A model generated the notes under the pieces. That model was not told where the DNA came from. It ran no database searches and saw nothing but the letters and a program-made list of their open reading frames with translations. A stretch of DNA of 64,000 nt from Methanobacteriota archaeon (GTDB lineage Archaea; Thermoplasmatota; Thermoplasmata; SG8-5; DAIRED01): assembly GCA_043799545.1 (NCBI GenBank), contig JAZDNO010000002.1, positions 42,269 through 106,268 of the forward strand, given 5' to 3'. A program made the position numbers and the translations under genes. Numbering within the stretch: the first letter of the stretch is position 1; every line of letters begins with the position of its first letter. Positions 37,528 through 49,300 of the stretch are shown one piece after another.

Positions 37528-38613
37528 AACGGTCACCTTCTTGCCGAACGTCGCGTTGAGCACCGGTATGGCCGAGATGCAGATGGCGTTGCCGCATATC
37601 GCGAACGCTATCGCGTGGCCGAGGGGCAGCCCGAAGGCAAGGAGCGGAGCCAGTATGATCACGTCCTCGCCGGAGCAGATGAAAATCGGTATGGCTATCA
37701 AGACCAGCAGCACTAGCCCGGGTATGCTCCCTATGACGTCCGCCCTGTCGCCGATGAACGATACGATCATCTCTTCGTTCAGATAGGTCGCGATTATCGA
37801 CCCGAGGAGAATCCCGAGGAAGATGAACTTCATCAGGTACATGAGCTGGTCCCAGCCGGCGAGCAGCGCCGATGTGCGCGTCTGGTATGACTTCGACGAG
37901 CGGCATCCCTCGCACGAGTAGCATCCAGCGCGCGCGTCCCCTGGTTCCTTCACGCCAGCGAAACGCTCTATCAGCACCCCAGCGCTCATCGCGATGACGA
38001 AGACGGATATTATCTCGATGACCAGGTACTCCCAGCCTATCCTTGCGACCGCGAGGACCATGACCATCGGGCTTAGTATCGGCACGACGACCAGGAACGT
38101 GATGACAGCCCGCACGCGCATCTGCTTGCCAAGCATCATGCCATGCGCGAGCGGGACACCGGCGCACGAGCATATCGGGATGACCGATGCGAACAGGCCC
38201 GCGCCGAGCATGCTCTTCGGCAGGCGAAGCTTGCCCAACGTCATGTATTTGATGACGAAGCCAGCCAGTATGCACCCCCACACAAACCACGGCGCTATCC
38301 CGAGCAGGTCCTTGTAGACATAATCGAGGTAGCTAGCTTCCCCCTCCCCGGACGAAGTCTCGGCCTTGCACCACCAGCAGTACATGTAGAGGAAGATGGA
38401 GAATACGGCCATGACGGCCATGAACCACCACTTGGCCCTGTCCGAGATTTCGAGACTCCCGCCGATGCGGTTCAACCATTCGTCGAACGGCTTGGATCGC
38501 TTCCGAACGGATTCTGAGACGAATGCCCAGACTACATACACGACAAGGGCGATGCTGAGAATCCAGTGGACCCCGAAACCATCTACGTACAGTTCCAGCG
38601 CGGCCATCGCCAT
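37450..38613 (-). CDS. DUF318/ArsP-family permease
   Basis: Multi-TM; IPICSCAGVPL and IPIFICSGED motifs; central CYSCEGC. Confidence 0.8.
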   Translation of the reverse strand: MAMAALELYVDGFGVHWILSIALVVYVVWAFVSESVRKRSKPFDEWLNRIGGSLEISDRAKWWFMAVMAVFSIFLYMYCWWCKAETSSGEGEASYLDYVYKDLLGIAPWFVWGCILAGFVIKYMTLGKLRLPKSMLGAGLFASVIPICSCAGVPLAHGMMLGKQMRVRAVITFLVVVPILSPMVMVLAVARIGWEYLVIEIISVFVIAMSAGVLIERFAGVKEPGDARAGCYSCEGCRSSKSYQTRTSALLAGWDQLMYLMKFIFLGILLGSIIATYLNEEMIVSFIGDRADVIGSIPGLVLLVLIAIPIFICSGEDVIILAPLLAFGLPLGHAIAFAICGNAICISAIPVLNATFGKKVTVLIVATFFVGGILIGLAINALVWLFT

Positions 38614-38713
38614 AGTTTAACCGCACGAGCTATTTATATTCTGCCACAATCTGGTTTGTTTCGAGCAAAATTTATTATATGACACAGGATTGTTATCTGA
38701 CGAGGTCCGACGA

Positions 38714-41700
38714 ATGCGCTTCAATCCCGCTGCCACAACTCTAGCACTCGCAGTCATGATGCTCACGGCATCGCTCCACGCGTTACCGGCGGCTGGAAAG
38801 GTTGAGGGCGGAGAGACCCCGAACGACATCGAATACGTCCCGGGCGATTGGTACGTCGCTAGTAGCGAGTGGAGGAATGACACTACCGTCATCCTCAGGG
38901 GGAACCTCATCGTCCCGACTGGCGCCACTCTAGCGTTCCGCAACGTAACGCTGAAGATGGACTGCACGCTCTCCGACGGGCAGTATCGCGTCGAGGTCCG
39001 GCCCGGCGGGAGGTTCTACGCAAACGATACTGACGGCGATCCATCCACGGCCGGGGACGCACCCGTCATTGCGAACAACGGTACGATTTACGGCTTCGCG
39101 CTCCAGGTCAACGAGAGCGGCGTCTTCGAGCTCAGGAACGGCGCACTCACCAAGTGCGGTTTGCTCCACGGACAGGTTGGCGCGGGCGTTTCCGGCCCGA
39201 GGTTGCTCTCCGACAACGCCGCGCTCGTCGGCAGCGAGATATATGGGTGCGCGAACGGAGTCGTGGTCGATTCGGCCAATGCTACGATAACGGGATGCAC
39301 CATAAGGAACAACCTGTTCAACGGCGTGTATGTGACGAACCTGTCCGTACCGTCCCACAGGTTCTCGTTCGATGTCAACAACTCAAACATCTCGGGCAAC
39401 GCTGGGGCCGGGGTCGATGTCAACGTCGACTACCTGGATGCACATCTGGCGGATAACGAGTTGTGGTCGAACGGCAAGGGGGGGGTCCTTCTCAAAGGGG
39501 CGATGTTCTGCAACGCGACGCTGAGCCGGAACATCCTTGGCAAGAATTTCGAGCCGGGGACGATTGGATTCTTCGCCTCGCCTGGCGGGTCCGTCGATGC
39601 GTCGATGGACAACAACACCCTGGTGGCGAACAACGGCACGCAGGTGCGAGCCGGCATCGAGAACACTGGTTCGTCCTATCTCGACGAAATCTCCGCCCGG
39701 AGCGTCGAGTTGGATGCGATCGACAACGTCATAGACAGCGACGGCGCGTTCGCGGGGTTCTTCGCCCTGGCGACGGAACGCATCAGGACGAACCTATCTC
39801 GCAACGAGATACACACGGACGGGAGCAGCTACGGAGCGATTCACGTCGGGAAACTGGCTTACGGCAAGGTCAACAACCAAGCGGCCACCGGGAGCGTCAG
39901 CGTCGAATTGGTCGGAAACAACATCTCCAACAAGGACGGGGGGGCCCTCAAGATAACCGCGCTCCGCCGCCTCTGGGTAAATATGACGGACAACAACCTG
40001 ACCAACCTAGTGTCGCTGTGCGGCGGTATGTCCTTCGGCTGGCTCTCCGACAGCATTGACGACTCGACGCCCGACACCGCGGACATTCTCGTTTTGAACA
40101 ACCGCTTCAAGGACGTGGAGGGCTCGAATGGACTGTGGATGAAGGCCGTGTACGACCTGAACGCGACCGTGGAGAACAACACGTTCAAAAACATTCTCGG
40201 GGGGGCCCTGAGACTCGGCTGGCTGTCCGATGTCGATTCAAACTACGCACCGCTGCCGTGGGCCTACCCGACCAGGAATGTCAGGGCAAAGGTCTGCAAC
40301 AACGTCATCTCCGGGGGTTCGGGCCCTGGAATATGGATATACTCGTCCAACGGGAGCCAGGTCTTCTCCAATACTGTCTCGTGGAAGTACGGCAACTACT
40401 ACCCGTACATGGGGGACGGCATCCGCATCCAATCCACCAACAAGCCAACGTTCGTCCATCACAACACCATTGTTGACTGCTCGATGGTCGGGATACGGCT
40501 CTTCAACGCAACCGGCGCTTCGGTCTACGACAACACACTCTCGTCGAACATCTACGGTCTCGGATTCGAATCGCAGGCGAGGGGGAACACGCTCTGGAGA
40601 AACGTTGTAACCAAGACGACGAGCGAATACGGTTATTACCTGACCGTAGATTCTCTCAACAACTCGATACCGGTAAACAACACGGTCCAGGGTTCCTATC
40701 TCAAGTTAATCCACGGCTTGCACGGCACGCCCATCGTCCTCGCCACGTTCCCTCCGTGGAACGAGCAGGTGCACCTCATGTCCAACCTGGGTCAGATAAT
40801 CGTCGGCGACTCGACGTACCTGGACATACAAGGACACGTCGCGAAGAACGGCTCTGCGGGCTTGTGCCTCTCGAACGTGACGCACTCGCTCGTCCGCGGC
40901 AACGCGCTGTCCAGCAATCAAGCCCTTGGCGGCTCCGGCTTGGACCTGAGGACGGGTTCAGCATGGAACGTCGTCCGGGGCAACACGCTCTCGTCGAATA
41001 CGAGAGGGATCTCATTCAACACCATGGCTGCAGAGAATACGCTGTGGTCGAACACTGTGACAAAGGCGGCCTCCCAGACGGGGCTCTGGTTCGACACTCA
41101 ATCGAGGTGGTTGCGAAACATCATCCCGGCGAACAACACGGTCAACGGCGTCTCCATGAGGTATTACCATTCCGTGAGCGGGTTCTCGCTGGACGGCGCA
41201 TCGGTAAACGTCCCGCTCATGACGAACCTCGGTCAAGTTACAGCGGTGAACTGCACGGGACTGTCTCTGTCCAACATCACGTTGATAGGCGCATCAGGGG
41301 CGAGCGGAATCTACCTGCACGCGACCGACGGAGTCACCATCCTCGATTCGTCGGTCTCAGGGAGCTACATGGGCCTCTACGCCAGGGATTCGGACGGACT
41401 GCTTCTCCGGGATGTCTCTCTCAACCAGGGAACCTACAACTGCGACCTCTACAACGTAGCGAACGTCGTCATCGAGGGGTGCAACCTGGACAACGGGGCG
41501 ACCCTGCTGTACCTCCGATCCACGTCCCCGACAATCCGCAACTCCTCAATCAATGGCGCCTCCTACCTGGCATTCAACCTCTCCTCCGGAAGCAAGGCGA
41601 AGCTGCTGAACACGACGCTCCAGAGGAACAGCGCCACTGTCTCCGCGGACTCGTCCCTCGAGGTCAGCTGGTATCTCCACACCCTGGTGCAATGCAATAA

Positions 41701-43228
41701 TATGGTGGTCGGATTCGCGGCGCTTCGCCTCACGAACGTCACGGGCGCTACGGTCCTGAACGCACTGACAGACGGTTCAGGCAGGATGAGGAACGTCGCG
41801 GTTCCTGAGTTCAAGCTCGATGGCGCAGCCGGTCTAAAGATGTACAATCCATACAACCTGAACGTGACGAAAGCAGGCTACGGCTCGGCGGATGTCTTCG
41901 CACCGATGGACTCGACGACGGCACTCGTCGTGATTCTGGATGACCGCACATCCCCTGTAACGACGGTCGGACCATCTTTGGACCGTTCGCCCGTCCTAGC
42001 CTCCAGGGGGAAGGTCTGGCTGAACGCGACCTTCGACGACAGAGTCACCGGCAACGGAACGATATCGAGGGGGGAATATGTCATCTCGGCAACGGCGACG
42101 CCGAACGGTGGGGGGACGGGGATGACGGCCGCGGACGGCGCGCTAGATTCCGCCTGCGAGACGCTCACCGCGCCCATTTCGATTGCAGGCTGGGTGGAGG
42201 GCTCGTACACCATCTGGACCCACGCCGCGGACGCCGCTGGAAACTGGTGCCCCTGGCAACAAGCCCAACTCACCGTTAACGACGACCTTGGACCGAAACT
42301 GACGAAGGGGCCAACCGTGTCCCCCACGGCGGTCTCGACGGAGACTTCCAGGTTGTGGGTGAACGCCACTTTCGACGATTCGCTGACCGGAGGTTCCGAC
42401 ATGGCAGGCTGCTCGCTGACGGTATCGAACGGCTCGGGGGTCATTGGCCCCGCCCTCTATCCATACACGATTACGGCGACCGACGGGGCGTTTGACGAGG
42501 CGGCGGAGGGGCTGAGTGTCTCAATCGACTGCACGCTTTGGGGAGTCGGGATTTACACGCTGAGTATCATGGGGAAGGATGAGAGGGGGAACCTCGGAAA
42601 CGTCATCGCGCTAACTCTCAATGTCGCAGACAAGACTCCGCCATCCATCCCGACTGACTTCCGCGTTTCGACGGGGAATGGCACGCTCAAGCTTTCCTGG
42701 ACGGCGGGTACTGAGGCGGACCTCGCCGGGTACAGACTCTACAGATCATACGTCTCGGGCAAAAGCTACAGCCTAATCGCGAATGTCCCCGGTAACGACA
42801 TCACATACCTGGACGTGGGCCTTGTCAACGGCGTGACCTACTACTACGTTCTGACGGCGGTCGATAACGCGACCGATCCCAACGAGTCCCCCCGTTCCAT
42901 CGAAGTCTCCGGTAAACCGATGGCAGAAGCTGTGATTGACGACGGTGGCGACGGCAGCACGGACGACGGCGGCTCGGGTGACGACGGCGGCACGGACGAC
43001 GGTGACTCGGATGACGGCGGCAGCACGGACGACGGCGGCTCGGATGACGGCGTCGACACGGACGACGGCGGCGGCAGTGCAGACGATGACAGCGATGCGA
43101 ACAAAACAGCAAGTGGCTCGGACCTTGACTCGGGGTTGCTCGGTGCCGCGGTCGCTGCCGTTATCCTATCGATTGTCGCAGCGTCCGCAATATACCGCAA
43201 GAAATCCTTGAGGAAGAGAGGCAAGTGA
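38714..43228 (+). CDS. Large surface protein: parallel beta-helix (NosD/CASH) repeats, Ig-like and Fn3 domains, D/G-rich linker, TM anchor
   Basis: GAGGT RBS before ATG 38714; N-x-I-x-x-N repeats, Fn3 near the C-terminus, DDGG repeats at about 42936-43100, then TM and basic tail. Confidence 0.85.
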   Translation: MRFNPAATTLALAVMMLTASLHALPAAGKVEGGETPNDIEYVPGDWYVASSEWRNDTTVILRGNLIVPTGATLAFRNVTLKMDCTLSDGQYRVEVRPGGRFYANDTDGDPSTAGDAPVIANNGTIYGFALQVNESGVFELRNGALTKCGLLHGQVGAGVSGPRLLSDNAALVGSEIYGCANGVVVDSANATITGCTIRNNLFNGVYVTNLSVPSHRFSFDVNNSNISGNAGAGVDVNVDYLDAHLADNELWSNGKGGVLLKGAMFCNATLSRNILGKNFEPGTIGFFASPGGSVDASMDNNTLVANNGTQVRAGIENTGSSYLDEISARSVELDAIDNVIDSDGAFAGFFALATERIRTNLSRNEIHTDGSSYGAIHVGKLAYGKVNNQAATGSVSVELVGNNISNKDGGALKITALRRLWVNMTDNNLTNLVSLCGGMSFGWLSDSIDDSTPDTADILVLNNRFKDVEGSNGLWMKAVYDLNATVENNTFKNILGGALRLGWLSDVDSNYAPLPWAYPTRNVRAKVCNNVISGGSGPGIWIYSSNGSQVFSNTVSWKYGNYYPYMGDGIRIQSTNKPTFVHHNTIVDCSMVGIRLFNATGASVYDNTLSSNIYGLGFESQARGNTLWRNVVTKTTSEYGYYLTVDSLNNSIPVNNTVQGSYLKLIHGLHGTPIVLATFPPWNEQVHLMSNLGQIIVGDSTYLDIQGHVAKNGSAGLCLSNVTHSLVRGNALSSNQALGGSGLDLRTGSAWNVVRGNTLSSNTRGISFNTMAAENTLWSNTVTKAASQTGLWFDTQSRWLRNIIPANNTVNGVSMRYYHSVSGFSLDGASVNVPLMTNLGQVTAVNCTGLSLSNITLIGASGASGIYLHATDGVTILDSSVSGSYMGLYARDSDGLLLRDVSLNQGTYNCDLYNVANVVIEGCNLDNGATLLYLRSTSPTIRNSSINGASYLAFNLSSGSKAKLLNTTLQRNSATVSADSSLEVSWYLHTLVQCNNMVVGFAALRLTNVTGATVLNALTDGSGRMRNVAVPEFKLDGAAGLKMYNPYNLNVTKAGYGSADVFAPMDSTTALVVILDDRTSPVTTVGPSLDRSPVLASRGKVWLNATFDDRVTGNGTISRGEYVISATATPNGGGTGMTAADGALDSACETLTAPISIAGWVEGSYTIWTHAADAAGNWCPWQQAQLTVNDDLGPKLTKGPTVSPTAVSTETSRLWVNATFDDSLTGGSDMAGCSLTVSNGSGVIGPALYPYTITATDGAFDEAAEGLSVSIDCTLWGVGIYTLSIMGKDERGNLGNVIALTLNVADKTPPSIPTDFRVSTGNGTLKLSWTAGTEADLAGYRLYRSYVSGKSYSLIANVPGNDITYLDVGLVNGVTYYYVLTAVDNATDPNESPRSIEVSGKPMAEAVIDDGGDGSTDDGGSGDDGGTDDGDSDDGGSTDDGGSDDGVDTDDGGGSADDDSDANKTASGSDLDSGLLGAAVAAVILSIVAASAIYRKKSLRKRGK

Positions 43229-43358
43229 GCGCAGAGACCTTGCTCCTCGTGAATGCTGTTTCTGAAAAAATGATCTGAGAATCTGTCGGACAAATAAAAA
43301 GCCTTTAATAATATAGGTTATTACAGGGACGATAATATTCTATAAGGAGGTTTGGAAA

Positions 43359-46300
43359 ATGGCGAAAATTCCCGAGAGAAGCGCGATAGCGAGCATAACA
43401 TTGGTGTGCATGATGTTGGCCAGCACGTTCACGGTGATGGCCGGAAGCCCGGCGCCACCGGACGACGGCGTCGACGGCCTGCAGTACATCGACGGGGACT
43501 GGATTGTTTCCGGTGCGGAGAGCTATACGGACGAGATAATCGTCCTCAGCGGCAACCTGACGATACAGGGCGCCGGTTCCCTGACGCTCACGAACACGAC
43601 GATACAGATGAACTGCACATACGGCAGGGAGTACGGCATCACTGTCATGAGCGGCGGCGCGCTGTTCCTCTACGATGGCGGGGACGGTTTCACACCGATG
43701 GAAGCTGGCGACAGCGACCCCTCGGTCATCTCCGTGTACGACAACAACTATCACACGTTCATGATTGTGGAGACAAACGCGGTCTTCGAATCTGACATGA
43801 GCATAATAGAGTACGTCGGCACACTCGGTCAAGCAGGGTACGTTCGCAGCGGGGCGACCGCAGAGATCAACCTGGGCGAATGGCAGGGGGTCTCGAACGG
43901 CGAATTCCGCATCACCATCGACGGCGTCGCGCAAGACATCTCTGGGCTCGACTTCACCACGATTGGCTCGCTGACGGACGTGGCCGACATCATCACTGGC
44001 GGGATACAGGCTGCGGACACGACGCAGGGCTACATCAACGCCGATTGCGACTGGGACGGCAGCCGGTTCATAATCTATTCCGGCACATACGCGGACAACA
44101 TCGGGTCGCCCGACTCGACCGTCGCGCCGCTGCAGGCGCACTCCGCCCCGACGGGAACGGACATCTCCGGCCTGACGGCGAGCACGTTCGGCCTATATCT
44201 GGACCTCGCGGCGAACGCGCTCTCGGTCCCGATGCTCTCTCCGGAGATGCAGGGGACTTGCTTCCAATCCGACAACGTGCAGATTTCCGAGTCGCTAATC
44301 CAATACAACGGGCACGGCCTCATCTTCGACAGCTGCATACCTACGGTCCTGTCATACAACAACATCTCCGACAACGACGGCTTCGGCTTGGGCATCGTCA
44401 ACATCGCGGACCCCGGTTTCGACGCGACGGGCGCGCTGTCGGACAACAACGTGGTCTTGAACAGCGAGCAGGGGGTCTACGTCAACGCGGACTCCGTCGA
44501 CCTGGACTTCTCCTTCCTGAACGTCTCCGAAAACTCCTACGGAATAACGGTCATCGCGAACAGGACCATTGACATGACGGTCCTCGATTGCACAATCTGG
44601 CGAAACGACGGCTCCACTGACCAGGACAATGCGAGCCTTTACGTCTGGACCCCGCCGACGGGCAACATCAGCCTCACGGTCGAGAGCTCGGTAATCGCCG
44701 AGAACAACTGCGGCGGAGTGTGGGTCGGAACGAGCTATACCAACCCGGACATCTCGTCGGCCAACGTGCTCGCCTCTTTCGTAGGCAACAGGATTTTCGG
44801 CAACCAGGGCGGGAACAGGTACAACGCCATGGACGACCTGGATTTGACCATGCGCCAAAACTATCTCGGCGGTTCCGACTATTATGATGAGGGTGGCCGG
44901 TATATAATTGGTTTCAACACGCAGGGATCTGGCAACGCCCCGTGCGATAACGTCACCTTAAACCTGATAGGCAACGAATTGAACTATGGAATGCCTTGGA
45001 ACGGCTGGAGCATCACGCACGCATTCAGGGTTATCGCGGACAACATCGTGGACGTCAACATCTCCGACAACAAAGTGCGCGGCGCATACGAACTGTACGG
45101 TTTGTTCATCATCGGCGACTCGTACGACCAATATTACCCCCAGGTGATCAACGCCCAGGTGTGGAACAACGATGTCGTTTTGCTCGATGACACGTCGAAC
45201 AACGCCGAAATCAGGCACGTGTTCTTCTTCAACGCCCTGCGCAACATCGACATCGAATTCATGAACAACTACTACTTCACTTCGATCAGGGGTTACTTCT
45301 GGACTAACTGGAACAAGGGCGGCCACCTATGGATAGGCGGCGCGGACTTCTGCAACGCGACGATACAGGGAAACACCATGATACTCAAACCGATTGATTC
45401 GAGCACCGATTGGTCTTCCTCCGCCTATCACGGCCCGATGTACGTCTGGGCGAACCTTGAGCTGAACGTCGACGTGGTCGACAACTTCATCGACGTGCAC
45501 GAGCTAGCGGACGACTCGTACGACGCGCCGTACTTCATCATGTTCGGCGGCGACGAAGGGTTCTGGGACGAGCTCTGCCAGAACGTCACCCTCAACTTCG
45601 TCGACAACACGGTCAGGGAGACCATTTACGGTGGCGGCGAGGCGGGAATCGGGATGATACGCGTCCTTGCCGACGACCAGCTCGACTGCAACTTCACGGG
45701 GAACGACCTGACCTTCAACCACGTCGCGAGTTATGGCAGCACGGCTGAGCTTGAAGGCATGGTGAAGCTCGGCGGCTGGAGCAACACCGAGGCCGAAGAC
45801 GTGAATCTGATATTCAACGGCAACAACCTCCAAGGGAACTTCGGAGAAGATGTTGATGCCGGAGGAGCCCTGAGGGTCGTGGCGAACAACAACATCACCG
45901 CCGATTTGAACGACAACGTCATCCAGGGATGGTGGGGATACTCGCCGGACGATGAGGACAACGCCGAAGACTTCGGCGTGAGGATTGGGTACATCTGCCC
46001 CAACGATGGGATCACATCGGAGAACACCGTCGTGACCATGCGAAACAACGTAATCGGCCCCGGCGGAGTGGGGAGCGCCTTGGCTGTCGTTGCGAACAAC
46101 AACGTTACGTTCTCATTCGACGGCGGCGAGGTGCAAGGCGCGTTCTACGGCGACTGCGGCGGAACCGGCAGCTTCGGGAATGAAATAACGTACGGAAACG
46201 GGATAATGCTCCTGGCCGAGAACTGCCTGACGGCGGACATCAAGGATGCCAACATCCACGACAACAGGGGCGCTGGCATCTTCATCGAGAGCGTGAACGA

Positions 46301-49300
46301 CGCCACCGTGGAGATATCGAACAGCTTCGTGCATGACAACTACTGGGACGGCATCAGGCTCGTCAGCCAGGACGGCTGGCTCGACGCCTCCAGCTCGATA
46401 ACCGAAACGGAGGTCTCCGACAACTGCGACGACAGGAACGGAGATTTCGGCTCGAACGGTTGGGGGCTGTACGCATACCATGCGAGCGTCTACCTGGAGA
46501 ACTGCACCTTCGACAACACCTATTCGCCATTCGAGTTCTACTGCGAAGGGCTGAGCGACGTCGAGACCCTGAACACCACCTTCGACAAGGACCTTGTATA
46601 CCTCGGGGACGCGACAGACGGCACTCTGTACAGCGGGCCACACATCGAGAACGACTGGACCCAGTGGGCTGCGCTGACCGACGCCTCGTTCAACATAACC
46701 ATCGACGGCGTGTCGACGGACATCACCGTTGACATCAACGCTGCCGCGCCGGCAACCATGGATGGCGTGGCTGCAGCCATCGAGGCTGCCATCCAGGCGG
46801 CCGTGCCGACGAACCAAGGATTCATGAACTGCCAGGTCTCGTGGTCTCTGACCTATTTCTACATAGTCTCCGGGACTAACGGGATGCTGTCCGAGGTGCA
46901 GCCGTTGCTCCCCCACAGCCTCGGGTCTGGGACGGACATCTCGGGCGCCACGGCGAGCGTCACCGCAGACACTTACTGGCTCGACTGCGACGCGAACGAA
47001 TCCGTCGTCGAGCTCGGCTATTCGGACAACCTCCTAGTGCAGTGGTTCATGCACGTCAAGGCCGTGCAGCAGTCCAGCGGCGTGGGACTCCCGCTGACTG
47101 ACATAACCGTCAGGGACGCGTCCAACAACATCGTCGGAACAGGGACGACCGGGCTCGACGGGTACGCGCGCTGGTTCGTCGTCGGGGAGTACTTCCAGGC
47201 CACGACCCTCGGCACCGCCGATTACAGGAGCTACTACACACCGCACGACGTGTACGGCATCAAGGGGTTAGCCAACGGTCAAACCCTCGGCACTGTGATG
47301 GACGCCTCGCAGGAGGTCTGGGTCTACCTGGACTACGTGACGCTCCCGCCGAACGCGAACGCGGGCGCGGACCAGACAGTCGACGAGGACGCGTCGATGA
47401 CGTTCAACGGCACGCTCTCGACGGACGACTGGGCCATCGTCACCTACGAGTGGACCTTCAACGACGGCGCACCGCAGACGCTATACGGCGAGGAGCCGAC
47501 CTACACGTTCATCCAGCCCGGAGTCTACACCGTCACGCTCACCGTGACGGACTACGAGGGCTTCTTCGACACAGACACGGTCGTCATAACCGTCAACGAC
47601 GTGACTCCACCGACCGCAAACGCGGGGCCGGACCAGACCGTCAACGAGGGCGCGAACGTCCTCTTCGCTGGCTCGGGGACGGACAACGTCGCCGTGACCA
47701 ACTATACCTGGACATTCACGCACAACGCCATCCTGCAGACGCTCTACGAAACGGGTCCGTCCTTCGTCTTCGCGATACCAGGGGCGTACCTGGTGACGCT
47801 CACTACGTCGGACGCCGCCGGCCTCACCGCAACCGACACCATGTGGGTCACCGTGGCGGACATCGCGCTACCAGTCCCAGTCGCGGGCGCCGGCCAGACT
47901 GTGGGCGAGGGAACGACCGTGACGCTCGACGGCTCCGCGAGCACCGACAACGTAGGCATCGCGGGATACCGCTGGACCTTCAACGACGGCGCGAACGACG
48001 TCGTCGCCCTCGCGCCGACTCTCGACCACACCTTCACCATCCTGGGCAACTACACAGCCACCCTGATGGTCTGGGACGCCGCAGGCAACTTCGCCAACGG
48101 CACGACCTACATCAACGTCGTCGACGTGACGGCTCCGAGCGTCCTGGTCGTCGCGCCGGGCGACAGCCTCATCGATGTCCCGCTCGACTGGGAACTCATA
48201 ATCGTCTTCACCGAGCCGATGAACACCGCCTTGGTCGAGGCCGCGTTCTCCATCAACGGGACGACGGTCGGGTCTTTCACCTGGGACGCAACCGACACCT
48301 ACGTCACGATAGCTTTCGACGACATCCTGATAATCAACACGACCTACGACTTCGGGATAGCAGCCAACGCCACGGACAAGGCGGGCAACGCCATCACGGC
48401 AGCGTATGCGGACAGCTTCACCACCATCGTTGGAGTGAAGCCGTTCGCCAACGCGGGCTCGGACGTCAGCGCCCGCGTGAACGCCTCGATCGCGTTCGAC
48501 GCCACGGACAGCTACGACCCAGACGGCGCCATCCTCTCCTACCTTTGGCAATTCGGCTACGGCGCCAACGGCACCGGTGCGACGGTCTCGCACGCATTCA
48601 CTTCTCCGGGGGCGTACGTCGTCACGCTGACGGTAACGGACAACGACGGGTTGACATCGACGGATACGCTGAAAGTCAGAGTCGTCGCCGACATGATTCC
48701 GATTGCAATCGCAGGACCGGGTTTGATCGCGCGCATGGACACCCCGGTCGACTTCGACGGCTCCGACAGCTACGACGAGGACGGGACAATCGCCTCATAT
48801 GCCTGGAACTTCGGCGACAACTCCACGGGAACCGGCGCGACCCAGACGCACACCTACGCCTCTGCGGGCACGTTCACCGTGACCCTCACGGTCACCGACA
48901 ATGACGGCCACACCGCCACCGACACGCTGACGGCAACCATCTTCGCTGGCAAGGCCCCGTACGCCGTTGCCAACTCCAACATCACAGCGATGGCCAACAC
49001 CGCGGTCAGCTTCGACGGCTCGGCAAGCCACGACGTCGACGGGACCATCGTCTCATACAGCTGGAACTTCGGCGACGGCAGCGCGGACGTCCTCGGCATG
49101 ACAGCGACCCACACCTACACAACCGTGGGCACTTACACGGTCACCCTAACGGTTACTGACAACGACGGCAAGAGCAGCACGGACACCCTTGTCGTCACGG
49201 TCGCGGATTCCATCGATACGGACGGAGATGGAATAGTGGACGCCTTCGACACCGACAGCGACGGCGACAGCATACCCGACGTGAGCGACTCGATGCCCCT

